The notes beneath the pieces are model-generated. The model was not told where the DNA came from. It made no database searches and saw only the letters and a list, made by a program, of their open reading frames with translations. Shown here piece by piece: positions 24,367 to 37,588 of a stretch of DNA of 64,000 nt. Source of the stretch: Malacoraja senta. Its lineage: Eukaryota. Positions within the stretch are counted from its first letter, which is position 1, and each line of letters begins with the position of its first letter. The DNA lies in NCBI GenBank assembly GCA_038087875.1, contig CM075999.1:2916001-2980000 (forward strand), in the 5' to 3' direction. The position numbers and the translations under genes are program-made.

Positions 24367-24442
24367 ACTGTAGGATCGAACTTCAGGTGTGGGACACAGT
24401 CGGCCAGGTGAGTGGGCCTCAGGTGAGTGGGCTCATCATTGA
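24367..24442 (+). pseudogene. Inverted relic of the 3' end of Rab42 exon 1 plus the start of its intron
   Basis: Reads CRIELQVWDTVGQ versus CRIKLQLWDTAGQ in the gene. Followed by gtgagtgggctcatcattga versus the intron start gtgagtgcggcctcatcattga. Confidence 0.7.
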
Positions 24443-25839
24443 CTCGGGTGTCAGGTAACAAACAGACTCTCATACCTGTCCATTCAGCACTGACCCACTA
24501 AACTCCAACTAGGAGCAAAAAGACACCAAATGCTGGAGTAACTCAGCGGGCAGGGAGCATCTCTGGAGAGGACGGAGGTCTGAGGAAGGATCTCGACCAG
24601 AAATGTCACCCATTCCCTTTCCAGAGATGCTGCCTGTCCTGCTGAGTTACTCCAGCATTTTGTGTCCATCTATGGTGTAAACCAGCATCAAGAGAGTTTC
24701 ATTGTTTTCTGTATCAGGAACGGAACAATTGTCACCTATCCATGTTCTCAAGAAAGGCTGCCTGACTCGCTGAGTTGTGTGTTTTATAGAGTTAACAAAG
24801 TCTGGCTACGATTGGAATGAAGGAAGCACAGCAACTGATTTGCACATCATAACCACACAAGGATCAGATAATATTGAACAAACATTGCCTGCAGAATTAG
24901 CAATGGTTGGAACAGTATGTCTGAAGAAGGGTCTCGACCCGAAATGTTACCAATTCCTTCTCTCGAGAGATGCTGCCTGACCCGCTGAGTTACTCCAGCA
25001 CTTTGTGTGTCTTTTTTAGTTTACTGTCCGCGTGCCGGGTTACAGTGAAAAGCTTTTTGTTGCGTGCTATCCAGTCAGCGGGTCAGGCAGCATCTCTGGG
25101 GAACATGGATAAGTGAAGTTTCGGGTCGGGATCCTTCTTCAGACCATTTCTCCATTTACTTACAGCTTTGATTAATGAGTGACTCTTAATACTTCACTCA
25201 AGCATATGGTTGAGCATTGCTTATCAAGTTAAAACAAGTTGAGGTTAAATGAAGATATTCAATGCCTCTATTTTATTTAAAGGAGCCAGCAGGGAGTCTT
25301 TATTAGAATAGTCTTCTGGGGAGGGTGGACAGAAGAAAAGTTGTTGAACATCTCAAATGGAAATCTGTACTTAGCTCAGAGAAATGGTGTATTTAGTAAA
25401 GAGGGGGGGGGGGTGCCCAAATAAGATTTGGGCGTGATTGGTGAGGCAATGAAATGGAATGCAATATTTAAGCAATCATTGCATCTGAATAATTGCCTGC
25501 TAGTATTTAGATTTCATTGGCAGTCTGAATTAAAGAGATAACTGAGCAAATAGACATTATGCATTTTAAAACTAAAGTGAAGGTAGACGCAAAATGCTGG
25601 AGTAACTCAGCGGGTGAGGCAGCATCTCTGGAGAGGAGGAATGGGCGAGGTTTCGGGCCGAGACCCTTCGTCAGACTGATTTCAGGGGAGGGGGCAGGCA
25701 ATAAAGTGATTCGGCAATAGCTATAGATAAATTGATTCCAGAGTCTTCATACGAATTGCAATTTTTCCTTTTCAAACTGTCTGCTTTAAAATGCAATTAT
25801 ACTCCAGAACCATGCTACAGGCAACTGAACTAAACCTAC

Positions 25840-26005
25840 CTTCGTCACCAGGAGCTGGTTGTCCACTGCTCATGCCCAGTTGCTCCATGCCCAGTTGCTC
25901 CATGCCCCTCAAGATGTCTTCCTGGTTTAGGAACGAGGTGTCAAATGCATCACTCACAAACTCATTAGGAGTTGGACTTATGGAAACCGCCTGTCCAGAG
26001 GGAAC
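25840..26005 (-). CDS. SYAP1: SYAP1-like exon 8
   Basis: ...SPTPNEFVSDAFDTSFLNQEDILRGMEQLG..., compared with human SPGVSEFVSDAFD..LNQEDL..MEQL. Confidence 0.88.
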
Positions 26006-26396
26006 CTGTAACATTTATTTGCATTGAGGAATCGGCACATGCAAAAAGGTGATTCTTTTAGTTTCGTTTGGAGATACAGCTGGGAAACAGGCCCTTCGGC
26101 CCACCGAGTCTGCGCCGACCTAGGTGGGGTAACACAAGGGACAATTTGCAATCTTTACCGAAGCCAATCAACCTGCAAAGCTGCACATCTTTGGAGTGTG
26201 GGAGGAATCCGGAGCACCCAGAGAAAACCCACACGGTCATAGGGAGAATGTACAAACTCCGTACAGACAGCACCTGTAGTCAGGATCAATCCCAGGTGTC
26301 TTTCTATATAAGGCAGCAACTCCACCGCTGCGCCACCTGTTTAATTCTGTTTAGAAGTAAGCCAGGGCTGCTCAAACATTTTGCTTGGACTCATTA

Positions 26397-26617
26397 AGGG
26401 CCTGTCCCACTTTCACGACCTCTGCCAAGTTTACCCTTGACTCATACTCGCAGCATGGTCATCACGAGGTCGTAGGTAGGTCGTAGCAGGCCGTGATGCA
26501 CGTGAGGCCGTAGGTACTCGTGGCATCAAGTAGGTCGGGGCGTTTTTCTAGCATGATGAAAAAATGTCCACGAGTAAAAAAAGTCGTGAATTAGGTCGTG
26601 AAAGTGGGACAGGCTTT
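26397..26617. mobile_element. Harbinger-type MITE (related TIR)
   Basis: GGGCCTGTCCCACTTTCACGACCT / AGGTCGTGAAAGTGGGACAGGC. Confidence 0.75.
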
Positions 26618-27022
26618 TAAGAGCTGGGTTCAATCTTCACTTTGAAGATAGACACAGACTGCTGGAGTAACTCAGTGGGTCAGGCAGCATCTCTGGAGAA
26701 AACCGATGGGTGACGTTTCGAGTCGGGACCCTTCGTCACACTGGAAGTAGAGGAGAGGGAACTGGAGATAAGAAAAGGAGGTACTCAATCATCACTTTAC
26801 CTTGGATCTCCACATCTCTAAACTGTAAGATCTTCACTACAGCTGGGAATTAGGTTTTCACCTCAGGTCAAAGTTAGAATCAAACTTAAAAAGTGGTATT
26901 CAACAAATGCTGCATTTGCTTGGTAACCTAGTGATTCTTAGTAGTTTGGTAAACAGTGTAATCATCAAACTTAATTTTCAAAATATTCTAAAATATATGA
27001 GTTTGATATAAAAAAAACTTAC

Positions 27023-27081
27023 CCCAGCAGATTCATTTTGCTTTCTCACTGGCACCGTGGCTGGCGTTGAAAGTACTGAAT
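27023..27081 (-). CDS. SYAP1: SYAP1-like exon 7
   Basis: DSVLSTPATVPVRKQNESAG; TTAG acceptor and GTAAGT donor. Phase 1 to 0 bridges exons 6 and 8. Confidence 0.75.
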
Positions 27082-28606
27082 CTAACACAAAGAAAGGACA
27101 AGTGTAAAACTGACTGAAGCACTGTAAAAGTTTGAATTTGATAATTTACCTCCAATTCAAGAACAGTGTTGAGGATACAAGGGAACTGCAGATGCTGGTT
27201 TACAAAACAAGACATAAAGTGCTGGAGTAACTCAGCTGGTCAGGCAGCATCTCTGTAGAAGATGGATAGGTGAACCCTCTTCAAACCCGACCCAACCCTA
27301 AACCTCACCTATCCACGTTCCCCAGAGATGCTGCAAGACTGCCTTTAGTGTCTTTGTTTGTAAAACGATATCAGTAGTTCATTCTATGTTAAAAGCATGG
27401 AATCAATCAACTGTTGAACAATCTAGGCTGGTATCTGCTGAAGTGCATAAGATTTAACTTAACACACAAGATCCTGGGGGTGGCTGTGGCAGAATCTAAC
27501 ACTCAAAGAGTCACGCGGGGCTGCACAGTGGCGCAGCGGTAGAGTTGCTGCCTAGTATATCGCCAGAGAACTGGGCTTGATCCTGACCAAGTGGGCTGGC
27601 TGTACAGAGTTTGTATACCGGTTTGAAGGCTGATTGCCTGGGTAAAATTGAAAAACTATCCGAGTGCGTATAGGATAGCGTTAATGTGCGGGGATCTCTG
27701 GTTGGCGTGGACCCGATGGGCTGAAGGGCCTGTTACAGCGCTCTATCACTAAACTAAACAGATGATACAACATACATTCTCTGAGCGGTGAGACTCTTGT
27801 GAGCTAATCTTCAAACAGTGGAAGCAAATTATTTTAGTGTTATAAAGGTAGAGGCAGAGATTTTTGAAAAGCCAGGGTTAAAGGCTTAACATAGACAGGC
27901 AGAGACATGAAATTGTGATTACAGTCAACCAAGATCTGATTTTTAAAAAGGACGCAAAACGCAGAAGTAACTCAGCGGGTCAGGCAGCACCCCTCAGTCT
28001 GAAGCAAGGTCCCAACCCGAAATGCCACCTATCCATGTTCTCCATAGATGCTGCCTGATCTATTGAGTTACTCCAGCACTTAATTAGGGGGGGGGGAAGG
28101 AAAAACGTTTAATAGGAACCTGAAGGGTAACTATTTTACACAAAGGGTGGTGGGTGCATGGAACGAGCTGCCGGAGGAGGTAGTTGAAGAGACACTTGGA
28201 TAGGTTTGTGGATTTGAGACAGGTTTAGAGGGATATGGGCCAAGCAGGGTCAGGTGGGACTAGCATAGATGGGCCATGTTGGTTGGTGTGGGCCAGTTTC
28301 CACACTGTATGACTCTATGAGGTTGGGAACATTGTGTTTAGCTAGAGGCTTAAATGTCCTATTTCAGCCCCTGTTGCTCTATGTTTCTATAATGGGAAAT
28401 GGAAGGACATGTGTAGATGGAACATGTTGGTCGGGGTGGGCAAGTTGGGCCCAAGGGCCTGTTTCCACACTGTATGGCTCTACGGCATCAAGGGCTCAGC
28501 GTTGTTGGTTTGTGAGCAGAGATGATTTGTTGTCAAAGCACCAGCAATATTGAAATCTAGAACCAAACAGCATCCATTTTGTGACTCTGATTCAAGCGCG
28601 GTGCAC

Positions 28607-28752
28607 CTGTGGCAGGGACGCTGCTTTCTGAAGCATCCGGTTCATCTCTGGAGTTTTCAGGCTGTCCGGCAGCTTGAGACAAGAGTTGTACAGACTGTTT
28701 AATGAGGGATATTCGGTAAAAATAGTTCTTCCAGAACTGTTCTTCCTTTACG
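28607..28752 (-). CDS. SYAP1: SYAP1-like exon 6 (BSD domain FW-NYF motif)
   Basis: [23 protein letters not shown]...; phase 2 to 1. Confidence 0.88.
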
Positions 28753-29497
28753 CTGCAAAGAAAGAAATGCAGTTAGTTGAAAACATACTTCCAATTATTC
28801 AAGATTCAAGAGATTCAAGAGACATTTATTGTCACATGGTACAGTGAAATTTGTGGTCACCATACAGCCATACGAATAAAAAAGAACACAACACACGATA
28901 GACTTTAACATAAACATCCCCACACAGCGGAATCAATGTTTCCCACTGTGAGGGAAGGCACCAAAGTTCAGTCATCTTCCTCTTTGTTGTTCACCCGTGG
29001 TCGGGGCCTCCTGAGCCCCCCGCAGTCACCACTACGGCGGCCCGATGTTCAGGTCCTCTCGCCAGGATGATGGAACTCCGACGTCGGAATAGAAGAACAT
29101 TCTCAGCGGTTTGGACTTCCGAATCGGCCACTTCTTACCGGAGACCGCGGCTCCCGAAGTCCACAGGCTAAGCTGGGCGGAGATTCACACTGGCGACCCT
29201 CGTCAAAGGGATCCCAGGACTCCGCGATGTTGTAGTCAGCGCCGCCCGCGGCTGGGAGCTCCGCAAACCACAGCTCCACGATGTTGAAGCAGCAGGCCCA
29301 ACACTCCGGAGCTTCAAACGGCGATCCCTCCACGACGAATCCAGCGCTGCGCCGCCGCTGCTGAAGCTCCAGTCGGTCTCCGGCAGGAAAGGCCGCGCCA
29401 ATCCAGTTGGTGGGCCGCGAGGGGGGGGGGCGAGGACGCGACTTGGAGAATAGTCGCGTCCTCCCCAGGAAGTGACTGGGAAACAGTTTCCCCCTTA

Positions 29498-30029
29498 AGG
29501 GGCTGTCCCACTTGGGCGACCTAATTGGCGAGTTTAGGAGAGTTTGAAAAAATGTTATGTTGAAGACCTCCTTCAACTATGTAGAAGACCTCCTTCGACT
29601 ATGTTGAAGACTAGCTTCAACTAGCTACGACTAACTTCGGGAAAATTGGACACCGAATAGTGTAGAGTGAAGACGACCTCCTTCGATCTCCTTCGACCTC
29701 CCTTTGACTATGATGAAGACTATCTACGACTACCTTCGACTACCCTCGATTACCTACGACTAACATGCCGACCTACTACGACTAAACCTACGAGTAAAAA
29801 AAGTATCGATTTTTTCCATGACGATCTTTTTTTACTCGCGGGCATTTTTCAACATGTTGAAAAATATGCCGCGACCTAGCTGAGGCCTCGAGTACACGGG
29901 GACTACTCTCGAGCATGAAGGAGAGTTACAAAGGCCTCCTACGACCTCGTGTCGACCATGCTGCGAGTATGAGTCGAGGCCAAACTCGCCAGAACTCGCG
30001 GATTAGGTCGCCCAAGTGGGACAGCCCCT
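29498..30029. mobile_element. PIF/Harbinger-type MITE
   Basis: TIR AGGGGCTGTCCCACTTGGGCGACCTAAT and its reverse complement. TTA duplicated at 29495-29497 and 30030-30032. Confidence 0.8.
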
Positions 30030-31798
30030 TTACCCTCCCCACCTCCCTCACATAAAAATACTAAGAAATACTCCAACACATACTTTTTAAACAGACTAAA
30101 AATTTAAAAAAGATGGAAAAACAGACAGACCGTAGGCAGAAGCTGCCATCATGCGGCACCCCTAGTGTTTTTGAAATTATAGAGATGCACACTCATTTTG
30201 TGCAACTGCATAATCTTGCAGACAGACACAGAATGCTGGAGTTACTCAGTGGGTCAGACAGCATCTCTGGAGAAAAGGAATGGGTGACGTTTCAGGTCGA
30301 GACCCTCTTCAGATCGGAAACGTCACCTATTCCTTTTGAACAGCAAATGTGAACAGCAAATGTGGAACTTGTCAAGCCTTAATTGGAGCATATATTGTCC
30401 TTGGTAAGATAAAAATTGAAGAGCAAAAGAGCTGCCTGGGGCAGAATGGAAACCAACCCATAGAAAGATTCCGCACGGAAAGAGGATCTTCAGCCCATTG
30501 AGTCAAGTATCCAATGTTATTAAATCAAATCCTGTCATAGCCATTTCATTCTTCCCTCATTCCCATCAATTCCCACCACAGATTCCAACATTTATCCAGG
30601 CATTAAAGGGAACTTACAGTGGCCAATTAACCATAGACACGCAGGTACTGACCTCCCCGCCATCGATTAAAGGGATCTACTGGAAGTAAGCCTAAAAAAT
30701 GCAGTCCATACCATCAAAAACCCGCTCCAACCTGGCCCGCTGCCACAGCAAAAACAGAGAGGCTGAGACGGAGTTTCTTCCCACAGGCCACCAGGACTGT
30801 CAACTCTGATCTCACCAGGGCGTTAATACTGTGGCGTCTTCTTTAAAAAAAAATGTAACTACTGGTTCTGTTTTGTACTGTTCTGTTGTCTTGCACAATC
30901 CCACAAGCATTGCCACTTTCATTTCACTGTACATCTGTATGTGTATTTGACAAAAAAAGTTGACTTGACTTGATTTCGCTAATACCTTCAGGAAGAAGGT
31001 ACTAGAGCCTAAAAACCGTGATCACTGTATCCAAATAACTTTACTTTACACTTTCGAGATATAGCGTGGAAGCAGGCCCTTCTGCCCACCGAGTCGCGCT
31101 AACAGCGATCCCCGCACACTAGCACGATCCTACACACAAGGGGACAATTTTTATACATTCAAAGCCAATTAACCGACAAACCTGCACGTGTTTGGGACGT
31201 GGGAGGAAACCCAGGAGGTGACAGGGAGAACATGGAAACTCCGTACAGACAGCACCTGTAGTCAGGATTGAACATAGGTCTCTGGCACGGTAAGGCAGCA
31301 ATTCTACTGCTGCACCACCATGCCGCCCTATTTAATTGCCAATAAATGAGAAGCTCATCCCTGCAGCTCAAAACGACAATCAAAACAAATCAGACTATGG
31401 AACTGGTACGCTATAATCCTGAGAACTTTTTTTCAGCACTGTATCTTTCTCTTTGTTCTATCCATTGTATGAGTTTAACTTGATTGTATAGTATATCTGA
31501 TCTATTTGGACAGCATTCGGTACACGTCACAATCATAGCTGTACGGCTTTCTCTCCCTTACAACAGTCAATCTGGAAGAAGGGTTTCGACCAGAAACATC
31601 CTCTATCCATGTGCTCCAGATATGCTGCCTGACTTGCTGAGTTATTCCAGCACTTTGTGTCGTAATACATTTTGGGAAATTTATGCTACACTTTGAAATG
31701 TGGCGGCTAAACCAAGCAGAAGATTCATTGGGTTCATTTATACTACATGACCTGTTGGGAGTGGTGGTCTTAGAGGAGGAAGATTTCTGTCCACTTAC

Positions 31799-31937
31799 AG
31801 TTTTGGAACAAGCTCAAAACGCATTTTGCTCAGCAGCTTGTCTTCACGAAGCATCACAACGGCAACGGGTGCCACGTGTTGAAATCAAAGCTAAATCGTA
31901 CACCAGCAGGAGGATCTCGCAGAAAGTTCCGACGATC
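31799..31937 (-). CDS. SYAP1: SYAP1-like exon 5 (start of BSD domain; 1-nt frameshift near 31880-31866)
   Basis: Reads [19 protein letters not shown] in one frame and [24 protein letters not shown] in another. The exon is 139 nt, but the flanking phases require 140 nt. Confidence 0.88.
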
Positions 31938-31965
31938 CTGCAAAAGCAAACGGCGTGCTTAGCTT

Positions 31966-32403
31966 TTTTTATTTTAATTTTATTTTTATTAGAAGCAATT
32001 GTAGAGATAAAACATTCTGCATCTAAAATTATACAATTATTGTACAGCTTCATTTTTTAACCTTATAACCTAAATTATGAAAATGAAAAAAGAAAAGTAA
32101 AAGAAAACAAGAAAGAAAAAAAGTAGAAAGTGAAAAGATAGATTGAAGAAGAACAAAAGAGAACCCCCTAAACTACCAAAGTAGTGTGGCAGAAAGATAT
32201 AGAAATAAGAAAAAAGAAAAAGAAAAGTGGAGATATACCTTGCCCCTCATCCCCCCCCCCCCCCCCCCCCCCCGCCGCCTCACCCAACCCAGCGTCGGAT
32301 TTAAATTTAAATTGGTGTTGCACCATGCTATTGTTGTAAGAATTCGGTAAAGGGTGTCCGTGTCTTAAGAAATTGATCTGTTTTTTCCGCCAAGACAAGC
32401 CTA
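31966..32403 (-). mobile_element. 5'-truncated L1/Tx1-type LINE 3' end
   Basis: A-rich tail with AATAAA on the minus strand. ORF2-end-like DQFLKTRTPFTEFLQQ*. 11-bp TSD GTGCTTAGCTT at 31955-31965 and 32404-32414. Confidence 0.7.
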
Positions 32404-34466
32404 GTGCTTAGCTTCCAATGAGCCCAGAACTGTCGTGGTTACGTACACAATCTACCTCCACACAGCTTCAGCAAAAATTACTCCTTTTTTAGTTCAGAGA
32501 CATAGCATGGAAACAGGCCCTTCGGCCCACCGAGTCCACGCCGACCATCCATCACCCATATACTAGTTCTATGTTATCCCACTTTCTCCTCCACTCCTTA
32601 CACACTAAGGCCAATTTACTGAAGCCAATTAACCCTACAAGCCGGCACGTCTTTGGGGTGTGGGAGGAAACCGGAGAATATGGAGAAACCCCACGCATTC
32701 ACAGGGAGAAAGTGCAAACTTTGTACAGAGAGCACCTGTAGTCAGGATCAAACACTACATGATCTCCAGTAGTGTAAAGCAGCATCTCTACCTCGCCGTC
32801 ACTGTGCCTCCCTCCAGACCTATGTAGGTACTACCAGAAAATTGCTTTTAAAGTACTAAATAAATCACTAGAAAATATGAATAGGCAATGTTTCAGGTTG
32901 GGAGCTTTCTTCAGATTTAAGAAGGGTCCCGACTAAAACATTACCTATCCATTTCTCCAAAGATGTTACCTGGCACACTGACCTACTCCAGCACTCTGTC
33001 TTCTTTTGCAAACCATCACCTGCAGTTCCTTGTGTCTCCAAATAATCTTTACCCATTCACATCTACTGTCTATCCATACACACCGCATAGTGGAAGGTGA
33101 AGGAAAGACTTCAAGAGTCAAGATAGTTTATTGTCATGTGTCCCAGATAGGACAATTACATTCTTGCTTGCTGCAACACAACAGAATATGTAAACATAAT
33201 ACAGAACTGGAGATAAAAGTTCAGTGTGTCTATATACCATAGACCATATATGTACACAATAAATAAGCTATTTGCTCTTCATATCTTATTCCTCAACAGC
33301 CTCTCAATAGACTTAGTTTAATGAAATCCAAAGCAAAATACTGCTGATGCTGGAAATCCAAAATGCTGGAAATACTCTGCAAGTCATTGGAACACAATAA
33401 TTAACACCAGAAATAATGCACTCAGTTTCTAACACGCCCTCTAACATTTAATAATATCTTAGACACAAGGATCTGTAGATTAGGTTTACAAAAAAGACAC
33501 AAAATACTAAAGTAACTCAGTGGGTCAGGCGGCATCTCTGGAAGATGTTCCCTGACCTGCTGAGTTACTCCAGCACTTTGCGTCTTTTAAAAAAAATAAT
33601 CTTGATTGATCTGATTGTAATCTTGATTTCATTTCCCTGTCTAGGTATGTTAAACCTTCAACCCTAGCTTATCAAAAATCTGTCTGGCTCTACATTGAAA
33701 GAATTTGCTTCCACCCCTCTTTGAAGATTAGCTGGCACGAGTCTCACCGTTCAGAAAACATATGTTCTCGTCTGCCCAAAACAGGTGATTTTTGTTTTTA
33801 GTTTTAGATTCTGCCATAACCATCCTCATGCTTCAGTTATGTTCACTCTTCTATATTTCACCAGATACAAGACTAAATTGTTTAACCTTTCCTCAAAATA
33901 TAACTCATCAATTCGAGGTTTTTAATATAGATACAAGGAACTGCAGGAGCTGGTTTACGTAAAAGGACACTAAGTGCTGGAGTAACTCAGCTGGTCAGGC
34001 ATTATCTCTGGAGAACATGGATAGCTGACATTTCGGGTCAGGTCATAAGATCATAAGTGATAGGAGTAGAATTAGGCCATTCGGCCCATCAAGTCTACTC
34101 CGCCATTCAATCATGGCTGATCTATGTCTCCCTCCTAACCCCATTCTCCTGCCTTCACTCCATAACCCCTGACACCCGTACTAATCAAGGGTCAGGTCTG
34201 AAGAAAGGTCTCCTATGTATGTTCTCCAGAGATGCTGTCTGATCCACTGAGTTAATCTAGCATTGTCCAGAGGATACATCATCCCTATATTTTACCGTTA
34301 AAAAGTGTGTGCATTTCAATAAGATCACAACCTATTCTTAGTCAACTCACCAAAGGCCCAGTATCCTTAACCTGTTCTCATACAGAAAAGTGCATCATCT
34401 CAGGAACTTTGAATTGAGGATAGGTTAAAGAAAATGTGTTGAAAGTGATTGTATTTACTAACTTAC

Positions 34467-34540
34467 TTCAGACAAAGAGAGGACTTGCTGCTTTACAGAC
34501 TCCTCGTTATTGTATCCTGCCCAGGGTGGGAGTGCGGATT
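34467..34540 (-). CDS. SYAP1: SYAP1-like exon 4
   Basis: ESALPPWAGYNNEESVKQQVLSLSE; TAG acceptor and GTAAGT donor, phase 1 to 0. Confidence 0.88.
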
Positions 34541-35511
34541 CTAGAAATAAAATGATTAGTTAATAAATGTTAGTATTTAATAAACAGTGTAGTCTTTTAG
34601 TCTGATTCTCAGCCTTTAAATCCGATTTTCATTCATTCATTACATTGATGATATGTAGTGTTACGAGTGAAAACTAGAAGAATGGCATTGAACACTTTTA
34701 TTAAATTTCTGTAAATAACATTGATCCACAGGCAATGGGAATTCAACTTGAAAATTGGGTTGACCCTTTTGTTCAGTTAAAACACTATATGTCTAGTTTA
34801 GAGACACAGCGTGGAAACAGGCCCTTCAGCCCATCGACCAACAATCACCTGTACAGTAGTCCTATCCTACACACGAAGGACAACTTACAGAAGCCAATTA
34901 ACCTATAAACCTGCACGTCTTTGGAATGTGGGAGAATGTGAGTCACAGGGAGAACATACAAACTTCGTACAGGCAACACCCGTAGTAAGGATCGAACCCC
35001 GGTCTCTGGCATTGTAAGGCAGCAACTCTACTGCTGCACCACTGTGCCCCATTAAAATAACTATTTTCACTCAACTGATTTGAAAGAAACGCAGTTCACA
35101 ATTTGGTTGTCCTGGTTCTTACAACATTATTGGCAAAATACTTCTCCGACTTAATTGTTTCTGAAACATGAAAGAAGTTCATAAATCTAGGTTTCCTTAC
35201 ATCTTCTGCAAAATATTCACAGTCTTAATAAAATAAAATTGTTCTTTCTACGTTTGCTATTGAAGAATGATATAGCTTGTGTGTGGGATTGGAATTAAAG
35301 CACCTAAAATCTCTCAAAAGAAAATTAAGTTTATAACGATAGGAATGGATGATAACAATCTCTAAATGATTTACTCAAGTTAAACTTGAGAAGTAGATGG
35401 AATGAGGACCATTCCTGATTCTGAAAGCACAAAGAGGCAGAGCAAACATCAGATGGGAGTCATTGGCAAGAATTATATTTAGACACTCGCATGAATGTTT
35501 TGTTAAAGTAC

Positions 35512-35578
35512 CTGATTTCTTTGATTTTTGTTCGTTCATAAATTTTTCTTGTTCCTTATTGAAATTTCCAATGATTGT
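35512..35578 (-). CDS. SYAP1: SYAP1-like exon 3
   Basis: TIIGNFNKEQEKFMNEQKSKKS; AG/GT flanks, phase 0 to 1. Confidence 0.88.
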
Positions 35579-37469
35579 CTGCAAATGACAAATAAATGAG
35601 AGGTATTAATCTGATTAAAATAACTCAGAACAAATGCATTATGAGTTTAATTCAGATAGAGGGAAATTATAAATGCCATTGACTGATAATGTTGTTACTT
35701 TTTTTGTTTCTTCAATTAATTTTAAACCCTCCCAACTAGTAGGTGCTGCTGATAATACAGTCACATCCAATTCTGGTCCCAGCCCACAGCATTACTACAT
35801 CTTATTAACTTTGATATCTACTGAGTCTCCCATTCCAAGGGACCAAGAGTCAGATATTCTAATCTAGATGGCAGTGTCTAACTCATTAGCAACTTCAACT
35901 TCAATTTGAAATTCAGACTTTGCTTTAGTTTTACAGATACAGCGTGGAAACAGGCCCAACGGACCACCTCGAACATGCTGACCAGCGATCACCCATTCAC
36001 ATTAGTTCTATGTTATCCCATTTTTCTCATCAACACCCTGCACATTAGGGAGAATATTACAGAGGACTAATTAATCTACAAACCCGCACGTCTTTGGGAT
36101 GTGGGAGGAAACCGGAGCGCGGAGGAAACCCATGCGGTCACAGGGAGAACGTGCAAACTCCTCACAGACAGCACCAGTTAGGATCGAACCCGGGACTCTG
36201 GCGCTGTGAAGCAGCAACCCAACTGCGCCACTGTGTCGCCCCTTTTGTGAAGCCCAAGAGCCCAACTCCCCAGCTGAACCAGCGCAGACATAAAGAGGCC
36301 AGGGTAATGCTAATCCAGGCAGTTATATCATTGTTAAAGATCTGCAACTCATGATGCACTGACAGAGAGGACGGCCCTCCATTTGCACATACCCCTACCC
36401 TATTTAACCCCAATGGCCCAGTTGGTAGAAGCACTGAGTGATAAAAGAAATCTGAGTCACTAAGGCAGACTCAGGTTTAATGGCTCATTCACACCAAGTT
36501 AATTTATCAAGCCTAAACGAACAAGGTCTTTAGGGCAAAGTAAAAGCATTAGGCAATGTATTCCCATCCTAATTGCTATCCAGCCCAACATATTCATAGA
36601 TAAGTACTTGGTTCAAAACACGAGAGGACTGGCAATAGAGCATGGAGATATAGAGCAGAGCACCAATCATCATTGTAGGCATAAGGGCAAGGAAAGAGAG
36701 CGGTGGAGGGGAGAATGGGGGAAAGTAACAAAAAAAAAGAGGAACTTTATAAACAAAATCAAAACATCTTTTCCTAATAACAAATATGTAACCAGTTCTT
36801 ATAATAGCTGTTATGTGAAACCCATGCGATCTAACCTTCCAGAGCAGCCGACCATGTGAAATCTTGTCAAATGCTCCGTCATTTTTTCTGTCATAATCAT
36901 CATTCTTGATTAGTACGGGTGTCAGGGGTTATGGGGAGAAGGCAGGAGAATGGGGTGAGGAGAGATAGATAGATCAGCCATGATTGAATGGTGGAGTAGA
37001 CTTGATGGGCCGAATGGCCTAATTTTGCTCCTGTCGCATGGTAAAACCAGCAACAGAAAGTCTTGAAGAAGAGTCCCGACCCAAAGAGTCGCCTGTCCAT
37101 TTCCCTCTGCAGATGCTGCCTGACTCACTGAGTCCCTCCAGCAGTTTGTTCTATACTTACGATTCCAGTTTCTGCAGTCTCTTTTGCCTCCAAAACAAGC
37201 TCTCTACTGAGCATTTCGGCCCACTGCTTAATCCAACTCCTGTTTGTGCTACTTTAAATAAGCAACTGTGTGCACAGAAATTCATTCCCAATATTATTAA
37301 CGTCATTACCAATACACTAAAACTTATTTTACCGAGTGAACATTTCTCACCAGGTAAAATACAGAGGGAACCAGCACATACTAGATTTATCACTCAGTGG
37401 AAAATCCAACTTAAAGCTCATAACCTTGTTCTAACAGATATTTTCTGGCAATACTGTAGTTGCTCGAAC

Positions 37470-37588
37470 CATATCAAGGAGATTGCCTATTTTATGTTCC
37501 TCGACAGTTTTCTTTATTGTCTGGGCAGTCTCTCGCATCGAGTCCGATACTTTCTTTGAAGCAGATGTAGCCACATTCCGCAGGTAAC
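37470..37588 (-). CDS. SYAP1: SYAP1-like exon 2
   Basis: YLRNVATSASKKVSDSMRETAQTIKKTVEEHKIGNLLDM; AG/GT flanks, phase 1 to 0. Confidence 0.88.

Noticed and set aside
29103..29576. 157-aa GC-rich ORF
   Set aside because: Spans a MITE junction and an intronic repeat; no recognisable domain.
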